Below are positions 19,667-30,000 of a DNA stretch of 64,000 nt, in pieces (the first letter of the stretch is position 1; each line of letters begins with the position of its first letter). The translations under genes and the position numbers were made by a program. Below the pieces are notes generated by a model. That model was not told the DNA's origin, searched no databases, and saw only the letters and a program-made list of their open reading frames with translations. Origin of the DNA: Meridianimarinicoccus sp. (GTDB taxonomy: Bacteria > Pseudomonadota > Alphaproteobacteria > Rhodobacterales > Rhodobacteraceae); contig DAIPIS010000002.1 of NCBI GenBank assembly GCA_036770665.1, forward strand, positions 1,620 to 65,619, given 5' to 3'.

Positions 19667-20415
19667 CCGACTTGCCCAAGGACACGCCGAAAAAGCTCGG
19701 CCTTGTCATCGACCTCGATATCTGTGTCGGCTGCCATGCCTGCGTGACCTCTTGCAAGGAATGGAACACCGGGGGCTATTCCGCGCCGTTGTCGGACCAT
19801 GACCCTTACGGTGCCGATCCGTCCGGGGCATGGCTGAACCGGGTGCACAGCTATGAAATGAAGATCGACGGCACGGACCGCACCGTGCATTTTCCCCGGT
19901 CGTGCCTGCATTGCGAAACGCCCGCCTGCGTGACCGTCTGTCCGACCGGGGCCAGTTACAAACGGGCCGAGGACGGGATCGTGCTGGTCAATCCCGACAC
20001 CTGCATCGGCTGCAAGCTGTGTTCCTGGGCATGCCCCTACGGCGCTCGGGAATACGATCACGATCATGGTGTGATGAAGAAATGCACGCTCTGCGTCGAC
20101 CGGATCTACAACGAGACACTGGCCGAAGAGGACCGCGTGCCCGCTTGCGTGCGCGCCTGCCCGACCGGCGCGCGGGCGTTCGGCGATCTGGGGGATCCCG
20201 ACAGCGCCGTGTCGCAGAACGTGGCAGCGCGGGGCGGTTTCGATCTGATGTCCGAGTTCGGCTACAAGCCGGTCAACAAGTACCTTCCGCCCCGGACCCC
20301 GGCCACACCGGCCCCCGAAGTCGCCACCGCGGAGCCCGCCGGCGCGCCGCGCGACCGGGTCGAGCGGCTGTTCGCCTGGATCGACCGCCGCCTTTCCACC
20401 ACGCCGGAAACCTAG
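19663..20415 (+). CDS. soeB: Sulfite dehydrogenase Fe-S subunit
   Basis: Four ferredoxin-type Cys clusters (CVGCHAC..C, CLHC...C...CP, CIGCKLC...CP, CTLC...C...CP). Confidence 0.9.
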   Translation: MTDLPKDTPKKLGLVIDLDICVGCHACVTSCKEWNTGGYSAPLSDHDPYGADPSGAWLNRVHSYEMKIDGTDRTVHFPRSCLHCETPACVTVCPTGASYKRAEDGIVLVNPDTCIGCKLCSWACPYGAREYDHDHGVMKKCTLCVDRIYNETLAEEDRVPACVRACPTGARAFGDLGDPDSAVSQNVAARGGFDLMSEFGYKPVNKYLPPRTPATPAPEVATAEPAGAPRDRVERLFAWIDRRLSTTPET

Positions 20416-20419
20416 ACCC

Positions 20420-21343
20420 ATGCATCCCGCCTATTCCGTGATCCTGTTCACAACCAGTTCCGGCGCGGGCTATGGCCTGCTGTTCTGGCTGGGTCTGCGC
20501 GCCGCCTTTCTGTCCGACGCATCAGGTGGCTGGCCCGATCTCGTGGCGCTGGCGGCGGGTCTGGTGCTGGTCACCGTCGGGCTGCTGTCCTCGACCCTGC
20601 ATCTGGGGCGGCCCGAGCGGGCTTGGCGCGCCTTCAGCCAGTGGCGGTCGTCGTGGCTGTCGCGTGAAGGGGTGCTGGCGGTGCTGACCTATGCGCCCGC
20701 CGGGTTGCTGGGCCTTGGCTGGTTGTGGCCGGGGCCGGTGCCGCTCTTGCCGGTCGCGGGCGTCCTGCTTGCGGTTGGCGCGGTGGCGACGGTCTGGTGT
20801 ACCGGCATGATCTATGCCTGCCTGCGCACCGTGCCGGCGTGGAACATGCAGCGGGTGCCGGTGCTCTACCTGCTTCTGGCGGCAGGGACCGGGGGCGCTG
20901 TTCTTGCGGCCATCGACGCGGCGGCAGGCGTGGGCCATGGCGCACTTGCAGTGATGTCCGCCATGGCACTGGCGGCCGGACTGGCCGTCAAGCAGTCCTA
21001 CTGGTCGCGCATCGACAGCGACGTGCCAAGCTACGACCGGGCGTCCGCGCTGGGAATTCCGGGGGCCAGCGGCATCCGCCCCCTCGATCCGCCGCACACC
21101 CAGCCGAATTTCGTGATGCGCGAGATGGGCTATGCGGTGGCGCGTCGGCATGCGGACCGGCTGCGGCGAATGTGCGCGGCGCTTCTGTCGCTCGCCGCGG
21201 CGATGCTGGTGCTGGCGGCCCTGCTGCCCGGTGCTGCGGCGCTGCTGGCCACCGTCGCGGTGCTTGCCGCTGCGCCCGGGGTGTTCGTGGAACGCTGGCT
21301 GTTCTTTGCCCAAGCCAAGCACCTGTCCATGCTTTATTATTGA
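20420..21343 (+). CDS. soeC: Sulfite dehydrogenase membrane anchor (DmsC/NrfD-like)
   Basis: MHPAYSVILFTT, HLGRPERAWRAFSQWRSSWLSRE, ERWLFFA; multiple TM helices. Confidence 0.9.
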   Translation: MHPAYSVILFTTSSGAGYGLLFWLGLRAAFLSDASGGWPDLVALAAGLVLVTVGLLSSTLHLGRPERAWRAFSQWRSSWLSREGVLAVLTYAPAGLLGLGWLWPGPVPLLPVAGVLLAVGAVATVWCTGMIYACLRTVPAWNMQRVPVLYLLLAAGTGGAVLAAIDAAAGVGHGALAVMSAMALAAGLAVKQSYWSRIDSDVPSYDRASALGIPGASGIRPLDPPHTQPNFVMREMGYAVARRHADRLRRMCAALLSLAAAMLVLAALLPGAAALLATVAVLAAAPGVFVERWLFFAQAKHLSMLYY

Positions 21344-21485
21344 ACCTTGGGTTCGCGGGCCGCGCTTCGGGCCGGCGCCCGCGTTGGCGGCCCGGAAACA
21401 CGGCCCCGCACGCCGCACGCAGGGGCGTGCATGCCGCGTGGACTGGCACCCGCGCGCCCTGATAGTATCGTGTCGGGGTACTTCG

Positions 21486-23018
21486 ATGGAACAGGCCGAA
21501 ACGATCCGCTTTTTGTCATCCGGCGCCGCCTTCGCAGGCGATGACCCTGTCGAGGTCATCGAGACCCATGGCGCATACGTGTTCCTGAGTGGCGACACGG
21601 CGTTGAAGCTGAAACGTGCGGTGACGTACGACTACATGGATCTTGGCACCGTCGCCCTGCGCAAGGCACTGCTTGCGCGCGAACTGGCGCTCAACCAGCC
21701 CACGGCCCCCCAGATCTACCGGGACATGATCCCCGTGACGCGAAGCGGATCGGGGCTCGCCCTGAACGGGGCGGGGCCGGTCGTCGACTGGGTTCTGCGG
21801 ATGTGGCGGTTCCCTGCCGAAAACGAACTGGAGCGCGTGGCCGAACGGGGCGCCTTCGACGACCGCCTCGCGGCGGCGACCGGCGCGGCAATCGCGGACT
21901 ATCATGCCATGGCACCCGTGATGCACCATCCGGGCAGCGGTCTGATCGCGGATATCCTTTCGGAATTGCAGCGGGTCTTCGCCGAATTTCCCGGCGCAGA
22001 CGGCACCGCGCGCGTCGCAGCGTGGCATCAGGCGGCCCGCACCCGTCTTGACGCAACGGGACCGCTTCTGGACGGTCGGGCCCGTGACGGCCACGTGCGA
22101 CGCGCCCACGGCGACCTGCACCTGCGCAACCTTGTCCTGATCGACGGGCACCCCGTTCTTTTCGATGCGCTGGAATTCGACGAGACGCTCGGGACCTGCG
22201 ACGTTCTTTACGACATCGCCTTTCTGGTCATGGACCTGTGTCATCGCGGTCTGCGGCGGCAGGGATGCCGGGTGCTCGATGCGTGGCTCCGGGCGGCGCG
22301 CGGCGGTGAAGATGCCGGGCTGGCGGCATTGCCGCTGTTCCTGTCCGTGCGCGCCGCGATCCGCGCCATGGTGCTGCTGCAGACCGATGCGGCGCGCAAG
22401 CGGCCCGGCACGTCGGCGGCAGAGGTGGCCGCCTACATGGACCTTGCCTGCGATGCGCTGCGACCCCCACCGCCACGGTTGATCGCCATCGGCGGATACT
22501 CCGGCAGCGGCAAGAGCGTGTTGGCCCGCGACCTCGCACCGTTGATCGGCGCCCTTCCCGGTGCGGCACTTCTCAGCTCGGATGTCGAACGGAAGGCGGG
22601 CCTTGCGGTGGGACAAGGGCTCGATCCGGCGGCCTATGCAGCGGGCCAGCGCCACGAAATCTATCGCGTCCTGTTCGCGCGCGCCGAAACGATGCTTGCC
22701 GCAGGTCATTGCGTCGTTCTCGATGCCACCTTCGTGGACCCGCGCCTGCGGGCCGCCGTTGCAGCCGTGGCCACGCGCGCACAGGTTCCCTTTCTGGGTC
22801 TCTGGCTCGACGCGCCGACACCGGTGCTTGCGGGGCGTGTGCGCTCGCGGCGGGGCGACGCCTCGGATGCCGATGTCGATGTCCTGATGGGCCAACTGGC
22901 GGCAGCGCGCGGCGCGATGACATGGCACGCCGTCGATGCGTCGGGCGACCCTGCATGCGTGCGTGCGGCGGCGCAGGAAATTCTCGGCCAGGCAGCGGGA
23001 CCCGCGTCTTTGGGGTGA
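21486..23018 (+). CDS. Bifunctional aminoglycoside-phosphotransferase-like kinase / P-loop (AAA_33-like) protein
   Basis: IETH..VFL, KLKRAV, HGDLHLRN, FDALEF, then GGYSGSGKS Walker A, VVLDATF, DASDA. Confidence 0.88.
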   Translation: MEQAETIRFLSSGAAFAGDDPVEVIETHGAYVFLSGDTALKLKRAVTYDYMDLGTVALRKALLARELALNQPTAPQIYRDMIPVTRSGSGLALNGAGPVVDWVLRMWRFPAENELERVAERGAFDDRLAAATGAAIADYHAMAPVMHHPGSGLIADILSELQRVFAEFPGADGTARVAAWHQAARTRLDATGPLLDGRARDGHVRRAHGDLHLRNLVLIDGHPVLFDALEFDETLGTCDVLYDIAFLVMDLCHRGLRRQGCRVLDAWLRAARGGEDAGLAALPLFLSVRAAIRAMVLLQTDAARKRPGTSAAEVAAYMDLACDALRPPPPRLIAIGGYSGSGKSVLARDLAPLIGALPGAALLSSDVERKAGLAVGQGLDPAAYAAGQRHEIYRVLFARAETMLAAGHCVVLDATFVDPRLRAAVAAVATRAQVPFLGLWLDAPTPVLAGRVRSRRGDASDADVDVLMGQLAAARGAMTWHAVDASGDPACVRAAAQEILGQAAGPASLG

Positions 23019-23194
23019 CGCGCATCCCTGCTGCGGGACTGCGGCACGGGGAAGGCGGAACCTGCATCGCAGGTGCCCCGACCCAACCGGCGGTCAGGAT
23101 GTTCGCCACCGGGGCGATGGGCGATCCGGCGACGCGCGCGGCCGATCCCGCGGCCGCGCCCGTCGTCCTGCGCCGTCGCTCGAATTCTTCGCGG

Positions 23195-23233
23195 CGCGCA
23201 GGGTCGCGCAGGGTCGCACGGGGTCGCGCAGGG
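23195..23233. repeat. Short tandem repeat, 10-bp unit GGGTCGCGCA (about 3.5 copies)
   Basis: cgcgca gggtcgcgca gggtcgcacg gggtcgcgca ggg. Confidence 0.7.
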
Positions 23234-23408
23234 CCGTGGCACGCCGGTCGGCCTGTCATCGGTTGCTGGCGACTGCGGCCGAGCCGTGAACGATCTCTGC
23301 GGCCCGGCCAAGGCCGGGTCCACCACCTCGCTGTCGGGAATGCGAAACCGCCTGACCGGCACGGGCCTGCACGTGGTCACCGCGAAGCCGGGGGGCGGTG
23401 CGACGCGG

Positions 23409-23570
23409 ATGACGGAGGAAACGGACCTGTCCGCTGCGCTGACCGCGACGCGCGAAACCGTGGCGCGGAAGCGATCCGGCAACTCCGTCAACGCCGCTTG
23501 GTTGGTGATGATGACCATCATCCTGGACGTTCCCAAGCCGATCTTCCGCCAGTTGCGCATCGACGGTTGA
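23409..23570 (+). CDS. Small hypothetical protein (53 aa; start uncertain, could extend to GTG 23286)
   Basis: Gene-like codon usage (high GC3), MTEETDLSAALTATRETVARKRSGNSVNAAWLVMMTIILDVPKPIFRQLRIDG; weak RBS. Confidence 0.4.
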   Translation: MTEETDLSAALTATRETVARKRSGNSVNAAWLVMMTIILDVPKPIFRQLRIDG

Positions 23571-23666
23571 CGGCGCGTCGGGGATGGCCGCCGCCGCCGC
23601 GTCGATCCGGCGATGGTTCGGCGACGGGACCGCGATCGGGCGAACACGGCCGCCGCCGTGCCTGGA

Positions 23667-23680
23667 TTGACCCAGATCAA
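23667..23680 (+). promoter_or_regulatory. FNR/FnrL box
   Basis: TTGAC-CCAG-ATCAA (consensus TTGAT-N4-ATCAA) 53 nt upstream of the DksA-like start. Confidence 0.75.
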
Positions 23681-23733
23681 GGCGTGTTTCCCTGCGCGCA
23701 CCACTCTGGAGCCGGTCTGCAGGAGGAGACGAC

Positions 23734-24048
23734 ATGGACATCACGATGCGCGAAGCAGCGCTGCGCGCGCGGCGGGCCGAGTTGACCCGGCACATGACCC
23801 TCGTCGAGCGCATGCTGGATGAACCGCCGCCCGCGGATTGGGAAGATCGTGGATCCGAACGACAGGGAGACGAGGTGCTCGAAGCCCTCGGCCAAGCCGA
23901 TCTGGCCGAGGTCCGGCGGATCGATGCGGCGCTTGCGCGGATCGCGGCGGGCACCTACGGGCTTTGCCAGGCATGCGGCGAGCCGATCTCGGCGGCGCGG
24001 CTGCACCTGCTGCCGGACACGCCGTTCTGCACGACCTGCGCGCACTGA
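23734..24048 (+). CDS. TraR/DksA family C4 zinc-finger protein
   Basis: AGGAGGAG RBS; IDAALARIAAGTYGLCQACGEPISAARL..LP.TPFCTTCA. Confidence 0.92.
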   Translation: MDITMREAALRARRAELTRHMTLVERMLDEPPPADWEDRGSERQGDEVLEALGQADLAEVRRIDAALARIAAGTYGLCQACGEPISAARLHLLPDTPFCTTCAH

Positions 24049-24664
24049 CGCGACAGAAGGGCCACCGCGCGCAGACGGGTGCGCACGACGCAGGTCCCGC
24101 GGTGCGTCGGGCACGGCCACCATGCCGCGCCCCGCGCCGTTGCCCTCGCGCATTGCGCCATCCTGCTGCCTGCTGCTGGCCACCATGGCCATGCACGCGC
24201 CATCGTCAGGTTTTCGTGATCGGTCCGGGGCGCGTGATCCCGCCATGCCGCCGCGACAGACTTGCGGCAGACTGCATCGCAGAAGGGCTGTCTCACCGCA
24301 CAGACCTTTCTGCACGCCGATCCGGATGTGGATGGAGCGATGCCGGACGCGACACAGCGGCATCGCGGTCCCGACCCGGCCAAAAGCTCCGTGTCGACAC
24401 GCCGATGCCGGGCCCCACCGCGCGCGACCGTCGCAGCCGGGCCGCACAGCGTTACGTCGACCCAGCGAGATCGGTCTGGTCCCGTGTCCCATGGAACACC
24501 GCCGGGACGCTCTTGGGCGCGCTGCACTTTTCGCGCGCACATCCTGGTCACCCGAACGCCCGCCGTCCTGCGCCGAAAGCGCGGATCATTCTTCCATTGC
24601 GCAACGGAAAAGCGGCCGACGCCGTGTCGGCCGCCGTGTCGCATCGCGTGGTCCGATCAAGGGG

Positions 24665-24862
24665 TCAGTACTTTTCTGCCCATTCGTCGACCTGCTTGCC
24701 GGCCTCGTCTTTCGCCAGGCCGTATTTTTCCTGAACCTTGCCGACAAGCTTTTCACGTTCTCCGTCGATCTTCTGGAGATCGTCGTCGGTCAGCTCACCC
24801 CAAGTGGCTTTGGCGCTGCCGGTGGCCTGCTTCCATTTGCCCTTTATGGTATCCCAATTCAT
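24665..24862 (-). CDS. csbD: CsbD family general stress protein
   Basis: MNWDTIKGKWKQATGSAKATWGELTDDDL...GKVQEKYG; AAGGAG RBS. Confidence 0.93.
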   Translation of the reverse strand: MNWDTIKGKWKQATGSAKATWGELTDDDLQKIDGEREKLVGKVQEKYGLAKDEAGKQVDEWAEKY

Positions 24863-24897
24863 CGGATTCTCCTTGATGTGTTGATTGGCACAGGAAC

Positions 24898-24922
24898 AAC
24901 CGCTGGACACCGACTTTGTTCC
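24898..24922 (-). promoter_or_regulatory. EcfG (general stress sigma)-type promoter
   Basis: Minus strand GGAAC-N16-GGTT about 35 nt upstream of csbD (consensus GGAAC-N16/17-CGTT). Confidence 0.65.
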
Positions 24923-24949
24923 GTTTTTTCTCGATCTGCCGCCCGCATG

Positions 24950-25186
24950 TCATCGACAGCGGCGTTTCGTCCCGACCTGCGGATCGCACCCGCGCCTTGG
25001 GCGGACACCAACCTGGTGTCGGGCGGGCACGCGGTCCGGATCGGTCAGGCCGTTCGCCCGGTCCGTTGCCCCGACCCTCAGGTCGGACTGGTATCGCGGG
25101 CCACCGCACCAGACAGATCCGGCGACTAGGTCCAGCAGATCGACCTGCCGGAGATCGGGATGCGCCCCCCGGCGCAGGCCGTCCAT
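24950..25186 (-). pseudogene. Possible degenerate LysM-domain gene remnant
   Basis: High-GC3 frame encoding GSVW...RY...RANGLTDPDRVPA, continuing as DTRLV after a 1-nt shift; loosely LysM-like. Confidence 0.25.
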
Positions 25187-25740
25187 GACGCGCTACGGCG
25201 ATCGCACGGGTCGCGTGCACCGTTGGCCACCGTTGGGCGGAACGCCTCGGGTCAACACGATGGCGTTGGCACGTGGCGCAAGCGGGCGACGATCCGCACG
25301 ATCTTGCGGTGAAAGGGGGAGGTTGCGATCTGGAATTCGGCGGACCCGGTCGGGTGTCGCGCGGAATGCGCGACCACACCGGGTGTGCGGCCCGCGCGCG
25401 CAATCGCGATACCGCGCAGACGCACAGCGCATCCGGTCCCGTCATGGCGACACCGGTCAGGTCGGCTACGCGGGGGGCGTCACGCCTGCGCCATGACGCT
25501 CGGGCACAGGCGACGGGCGGAACCCCGCGGCCAGATCCGTGGCGCCTCCCCGCCCCCGGCTGCATGGATGCCAGAACACATTCCGAAAAAAGCACATGTG
25601 ACGCATGTCGCCGCTGAACGATCTCGACTACGCGTTGACCGGAAAGATCGCTCCGTCGTCAGCGTTGGCAGTTTTGCCCGTCGCGCGGTCGGGGGCCGCA
25701 TTCGGGGTTCGACGACACGATCCCCTGCATGAGAGTTCCG

Positions 25741-27078
25741 ATGGACCTGCGCGCGTTCCTCATTCTGCCGCCACTTGCCCTTGGTGTCGCGGGCTTCCTG
25801 TGGATGACCGGCGGCGACGGTCCACCTGCTGCGCCGCGCGAACCGGTGCCGCTGGCGGTGCGGGTCGAAACCGTCGTGCCGCGCGACACCCCCGTCACCG
25901 CGACCGGGTTCGGGCGCGTTGCCGCCGTGCGGGACTTTCGCGCCGTGGCCGAAGTGCCGGGCCGCATCGCTGACATGGCCCCCGGGCTTGCGGATGGCAG
26001 TATCGTCGACCGGGACGCGCTGCTGCTTGCGGTGGACCCCACCGATTACGACATCGCCATGGGCAAGGCCCGCGCGAACCTTGCCGCCGCGGAGGCAGCA
26101 CTGGATGAGCTCGACCGGCAGGACGCCAACACGCAGCGCAGTCTTGATCTTGCGCGCCGTATCCTTGGCATCGCGCAGGATGAATACGACCGCACCGCAC
26201 AGCTTGTCGGCACGGGTGCCGGCACGCGCAGCGCGCTCGATGCCGCGCAACGTGCGGTCCTGGCGCAGGAAACCGCGGTGACGGAACTGGAAAACACGCT
26301 CGCGCTTTTGCCTTCGCGGCATGCGGCGGCGGTGGCAGCGCGCGATCTGCGCAGCGTGGAACTGGCCGAGGCAGAGCGTGCCCGCGACAAGACCCGGATC
26401 ACGGCACCGTTCCGTGGCCGGGTATCGGCCCTGGGGGTGGAAACCGGGCAGTTCGTGCGGGCGGGCGACCCGCTTTTGACGCTCGACGACATCTCGGCGG
26501 TGGAAATCATCGCCGAAATGCAACCCCAGAGCCTTGCGCCCATCGTGCAGGCGGCACTTGGCGACACGTTGCGGGCCGGGCGTTTCGACACCAGCCGGAT
26601 CGTGGAAGCGCTGGCCGAGGCGGGTGTGACAGCCACGGTGCGCCAGCAGGTCGCGGGGTTCGACGCGGCGTATCGCGCGCAGTTGGTCCGGTCGCGGGGT
26701 ACGCTCGACGACGGGACGGGGACGCTGGGCATCGTCGTGCGGGTGGACGATCCGCTCGCCGCCAATCGCGACACCGCCACGCCGCCCTTGAACGTGGGGG
26801 CGTTCGTGTCGGTGGATCTCGTGGCCCCGCCCGTCCGGGACATGATCACCATCCCCCGCGCGGCGCTGCGGCAGGACGATGACGGCGGGGCGTTCGTCTA
26901 TCTCGCGGATGCCGAGGACCGGCTGGCCCTGCGCCCCGTCACGCCCGGCGCGGTGCTGGGCGCGCGGGTCGCCATCCGCGCGGGTCTGGCCGCCGGTGAT
27001 CGCGTGATCCTGAGCGATCCGCAGCCACCCCTGCCGGGGATGCCCGTGACCCCGGTCGCGACCGGCGAGGGCGGCTAG
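25741..27078 (+). CDS. RND efflux periplasmic adaptor (membrane fusion protein)
   Basis: N-terminal TM, AEVPGRI lipoyl half, coiled coil, TRITAPFRGRV, IPRAAL, GLAAGDRVI. Confidence 0.9.
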   Translation: MDLRAFLILPPLALGVAGFLWMTGGDGPPAAPREPVPLAVRVETVVPRDTPVTATGFGRVAAVRDFRAVAEVPGRIADMAPGLADGSIVDRDALLLAVDPTDYDIAMGKARANLAAAEAALDELDRQDANTQRSLDLARRILGIAQDEYDRTAQLVGTGAGTRSALDAAQRAVLAQETAVTELENTLALLPSRHAAAVAARDLRSVELAEAERARDKTRITAPFRGRVSALGVETGQFVRAGDPLLTLDDISAVEIIAEMQPQSLAPIVQAALGDTLRAGRFDTSRIVEALAEAGVTATVRQQVAGFDAAYRAQLVRSRGTLDDGTGTLGIVVRVDDPLAANRDTATPPLNVGAFVSVDLVAPPVRDMITIPRAALRQDDDGGAFVYLADAEDRLALRPVTPGAVLGARVAIRAGLAAGDRVILSDPQPPLPGMPVTPVATGEGG

Positions 27079-27079
27079 C

Positions 27080-30000
27080 ATGATCGCCTATTTCGTCCGG
27101 CACCCGGTCGCCGCGAACCTGCTCATGGGTCTGACCTGCGTGCTCGGCATCTCCGTCATCACCAGCATCGAACGCGAAAGCTTTCCCGAATTCACGGCCG
27201 ACACGGTGGCCATCACGGTGCCCTATCCGGGCGCGTCGGCACGGGACGTGGACACCGACATCTGCATCCCGCTCGAAGACGCGCTGACGGGGCTGACGGG
27301 CCTTGCGGATTTCGAATGCCTGTCCGTGGACGGGCGCGCGCGGGCGACGGCGGAGCTCGAGCAGGGTGGCGAGATCATCCAGTTCTTCAACGACGTGTTC
27401 TCGACGGTGGGGGGGATCGGCGATTTCCCCGCCGACGCCGAAACCCCGGTGGTCGAAATCGCGGCGCGGTCCGATCTGGTCGCCATGGTGGCCGTGACCG
27501 GCATCGCCGGGCGGCAGGGCCTGATAGACTATGCCGAGGATCTGGCGGACCGGCTGCGCGCCCTGCCCGGCGTCGCGGAAGCCACGGTGTCGGGCGTGTC
27601 GCCGCGCGAGCTTCGCGTGACCTTCGACGCGCAGGCGCTGCGCCGCTTCGGCATGTCGAGCGATGACATCATCGCCGCGATCGAGGCGCGCAGCCTGACC
27701 CAGCCCCTGGGCAGCGCCGATCTGGACGCGGGCAGTCTGACCCTGCGCTATGCCGGTGCCAGCCGCAGTCTGGCGGAACTCGAAGACCTCGTGATCCGCG
27801 AAACGCCCCAGGGCGGCGTGCTGCGCCTGCGCGATCTTGGCCGGGTCGATCTTGTCGACAGCGACGACACGCGCCACGCGATGCTGGACGGGACCGGTGC
27901 CGCCATCGTGTCGGTGTCGAAATCCCCGGACGCCGACAGCCTGCGCGTGTTCGACGCCATGGCCGACCTGCTGGCCCGTGACACCGCGCGCCTGCCCGAC
28001 CCATTCGTGCTGACGGTCATCAACAACCGGACCGAAACGGTCCGGGAACGGCTGTCGCTGATTTCCGGCAACATCATGCTGGGACTTGGGCTGGTGTTCG
28101 TGACCATGTGGCTGTTCTTTTCCCTGCGCGAGGCGCTGTGGATTTCGGCCACGCTGCCGGTGTCGTTCCTTGGCTCGCTCTTCGTGATGGCGCAGCTTGG
28201 CATCACGCTGAACATGGTGACCATGGTCGGGCTCCTGATGGCGGTGGGGCTGATCATGGACGACAGCATCGTCATCGCCGAGAACATCAATTCGTGGCGC
28301 CGCCGCGCAGGCCCGGTGGAGGCCGCGATCCGCGGCACGACCGAAGTGCTGCCGGGGGTCCTGTCGTCGTTCCTGACCACCGCCTGCGTGTTCGGGCCGC
28401 TGATGTTCCTGTCCGGTGACATGGGGCAGGTGCTGCAGTTCATCCCGATGGTGCTGCTGATCACCCTGTCGCTGTCGCTGTTCGAGGGGTTCACGATGCT
28501 GCCCCACCATCTGAGCACCGTTCCCAACGCCACGAACCCCGATGCGCGGCTTGCGGCGCGCGCGCTCGACCGGGTCAGGACACGACTGGTGCTGCCGCTG
28601 GCGGCGCGCCTGGTCGCTTGGCGCTACGCGACCCTGGGCACCGTGTTCGCGGCGTTGATCCTGTCGATCGGGCTGGTCGCGTCCGGGCAGATCAAGGTCG
28701 TGGGTTTTCCCAAGACCGAAAGCGACACGGTGATCGCGCGGCTTGCCCTTACGTCCGGCATCGACAGCGCCCGGACCGAGGCGACGGTGGCGCGCCTGCT
28801 GGAGGGGCTTGCCGCCGTGGACGCGCGGTTCACGCCGGACACCGCAACCGGTGCGCCACTGGTGCAGCGCGTGCTGGTGCAACACGGCGTCAACAGCGAC
28901 GTGGACGACACCGGCGCGCATACCGCCACGATCACTGTCGATCTGCTGGAAACCGCCCTGCGCAACGTCGCCGCCGACACCGTCCTGGCGGCATGGCGCG
29001 AAGCCGCGGGGCCCCTGCCCGACATGGTCCAACTGAGCTTCGTGCAGGCGGAATCCGGCCCCGGCGGGCGGGATCTGGACGTGGAGATCGCGGGCCGAGA
29101 CCCCGACGCTGTCGAACGCGCCGCAGCCGACCTGCTGACGGCCCTCCTGGCCCGCGACGACGTGACGGAGGCGTTTCAGGACCTTTACGGCGGGCGGCAG
29201 GAACTGCGCGTGCGGCTGAACGCGCAGGGACAGGCGGCGGGCCTGACGCCGCAGGCGCTGGCCGGACAGATCCGCAACGCCTTCGAGGGGCAGGAAACCG
29301 ACAGTTTCCGGATCGGCCCGGCAAGCCTGACCGTGCGCGTGCAGATGGCCGACACGTTGTCGAGCCTGACCGATCTGGACCTGTTCCCCATCACCCTGCC
29401 CGACGGATCCCAGACGGCCCTTGCGCGGGTCGCCGACCTGACGCTGGCGCGCAGCTATCCGGTCATCACCCGCAAGAACGGCATGGTCGTGGCCCATATC
29501 CGCGGCCAGATCGACCGAAGCCAGATCACGCCCGCAGGGATCGCCGCCGTGGTCACCGACACGCTCGCACCCGACATCGCCGCGCGCCATCCCGACGTGC
29601 AGATCGGGATCGGCGGGGCGGCGGCGGACCAGCAGGCCTCGCAGGCGTCCACCCTGTCGGCGCTCCTTCTGGGGCTGGTCGGCGTCTATGTCATCCTCGC
29701 GTTCCAGTTCCGGTCCTACACGCTGCCCGTCACCGTGATGTTGTCGATCCCGTTCGCGCTGATCGGCACGATCCTCGGGCACTGGGCCCTGGGGATGGAT
29801 CTGGCCATGCCCAGCTTCATCGGTTTCGCGTCGCTGGCGGGGATCGTGGTGAACAACGCGATCCTGTTCCTGACATTCTTCCAGACCCATCTGCGCGATG
29901 ATGACTACGTGACCGCGGCGCTGGGGGCCGTGAGCGACCGTTTCCGGCCCGTGTTCCTGTCCACGGCGACCACGGTGGCGGGGCTGTTGCCGATCCTCGC

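Noticed and set aside
23195..23233. Tandem repeats here and at 59068-59102 as CRISPR candidates
   Set aside because: Units are 9-10 bp with no spacers and there are no cas genes in the window
24050..24660. 600-bp gap between the DksA-like gene and csbD with several ORFs
   Set aside because: No credible protein motif, RNA structure or repeat that I could support
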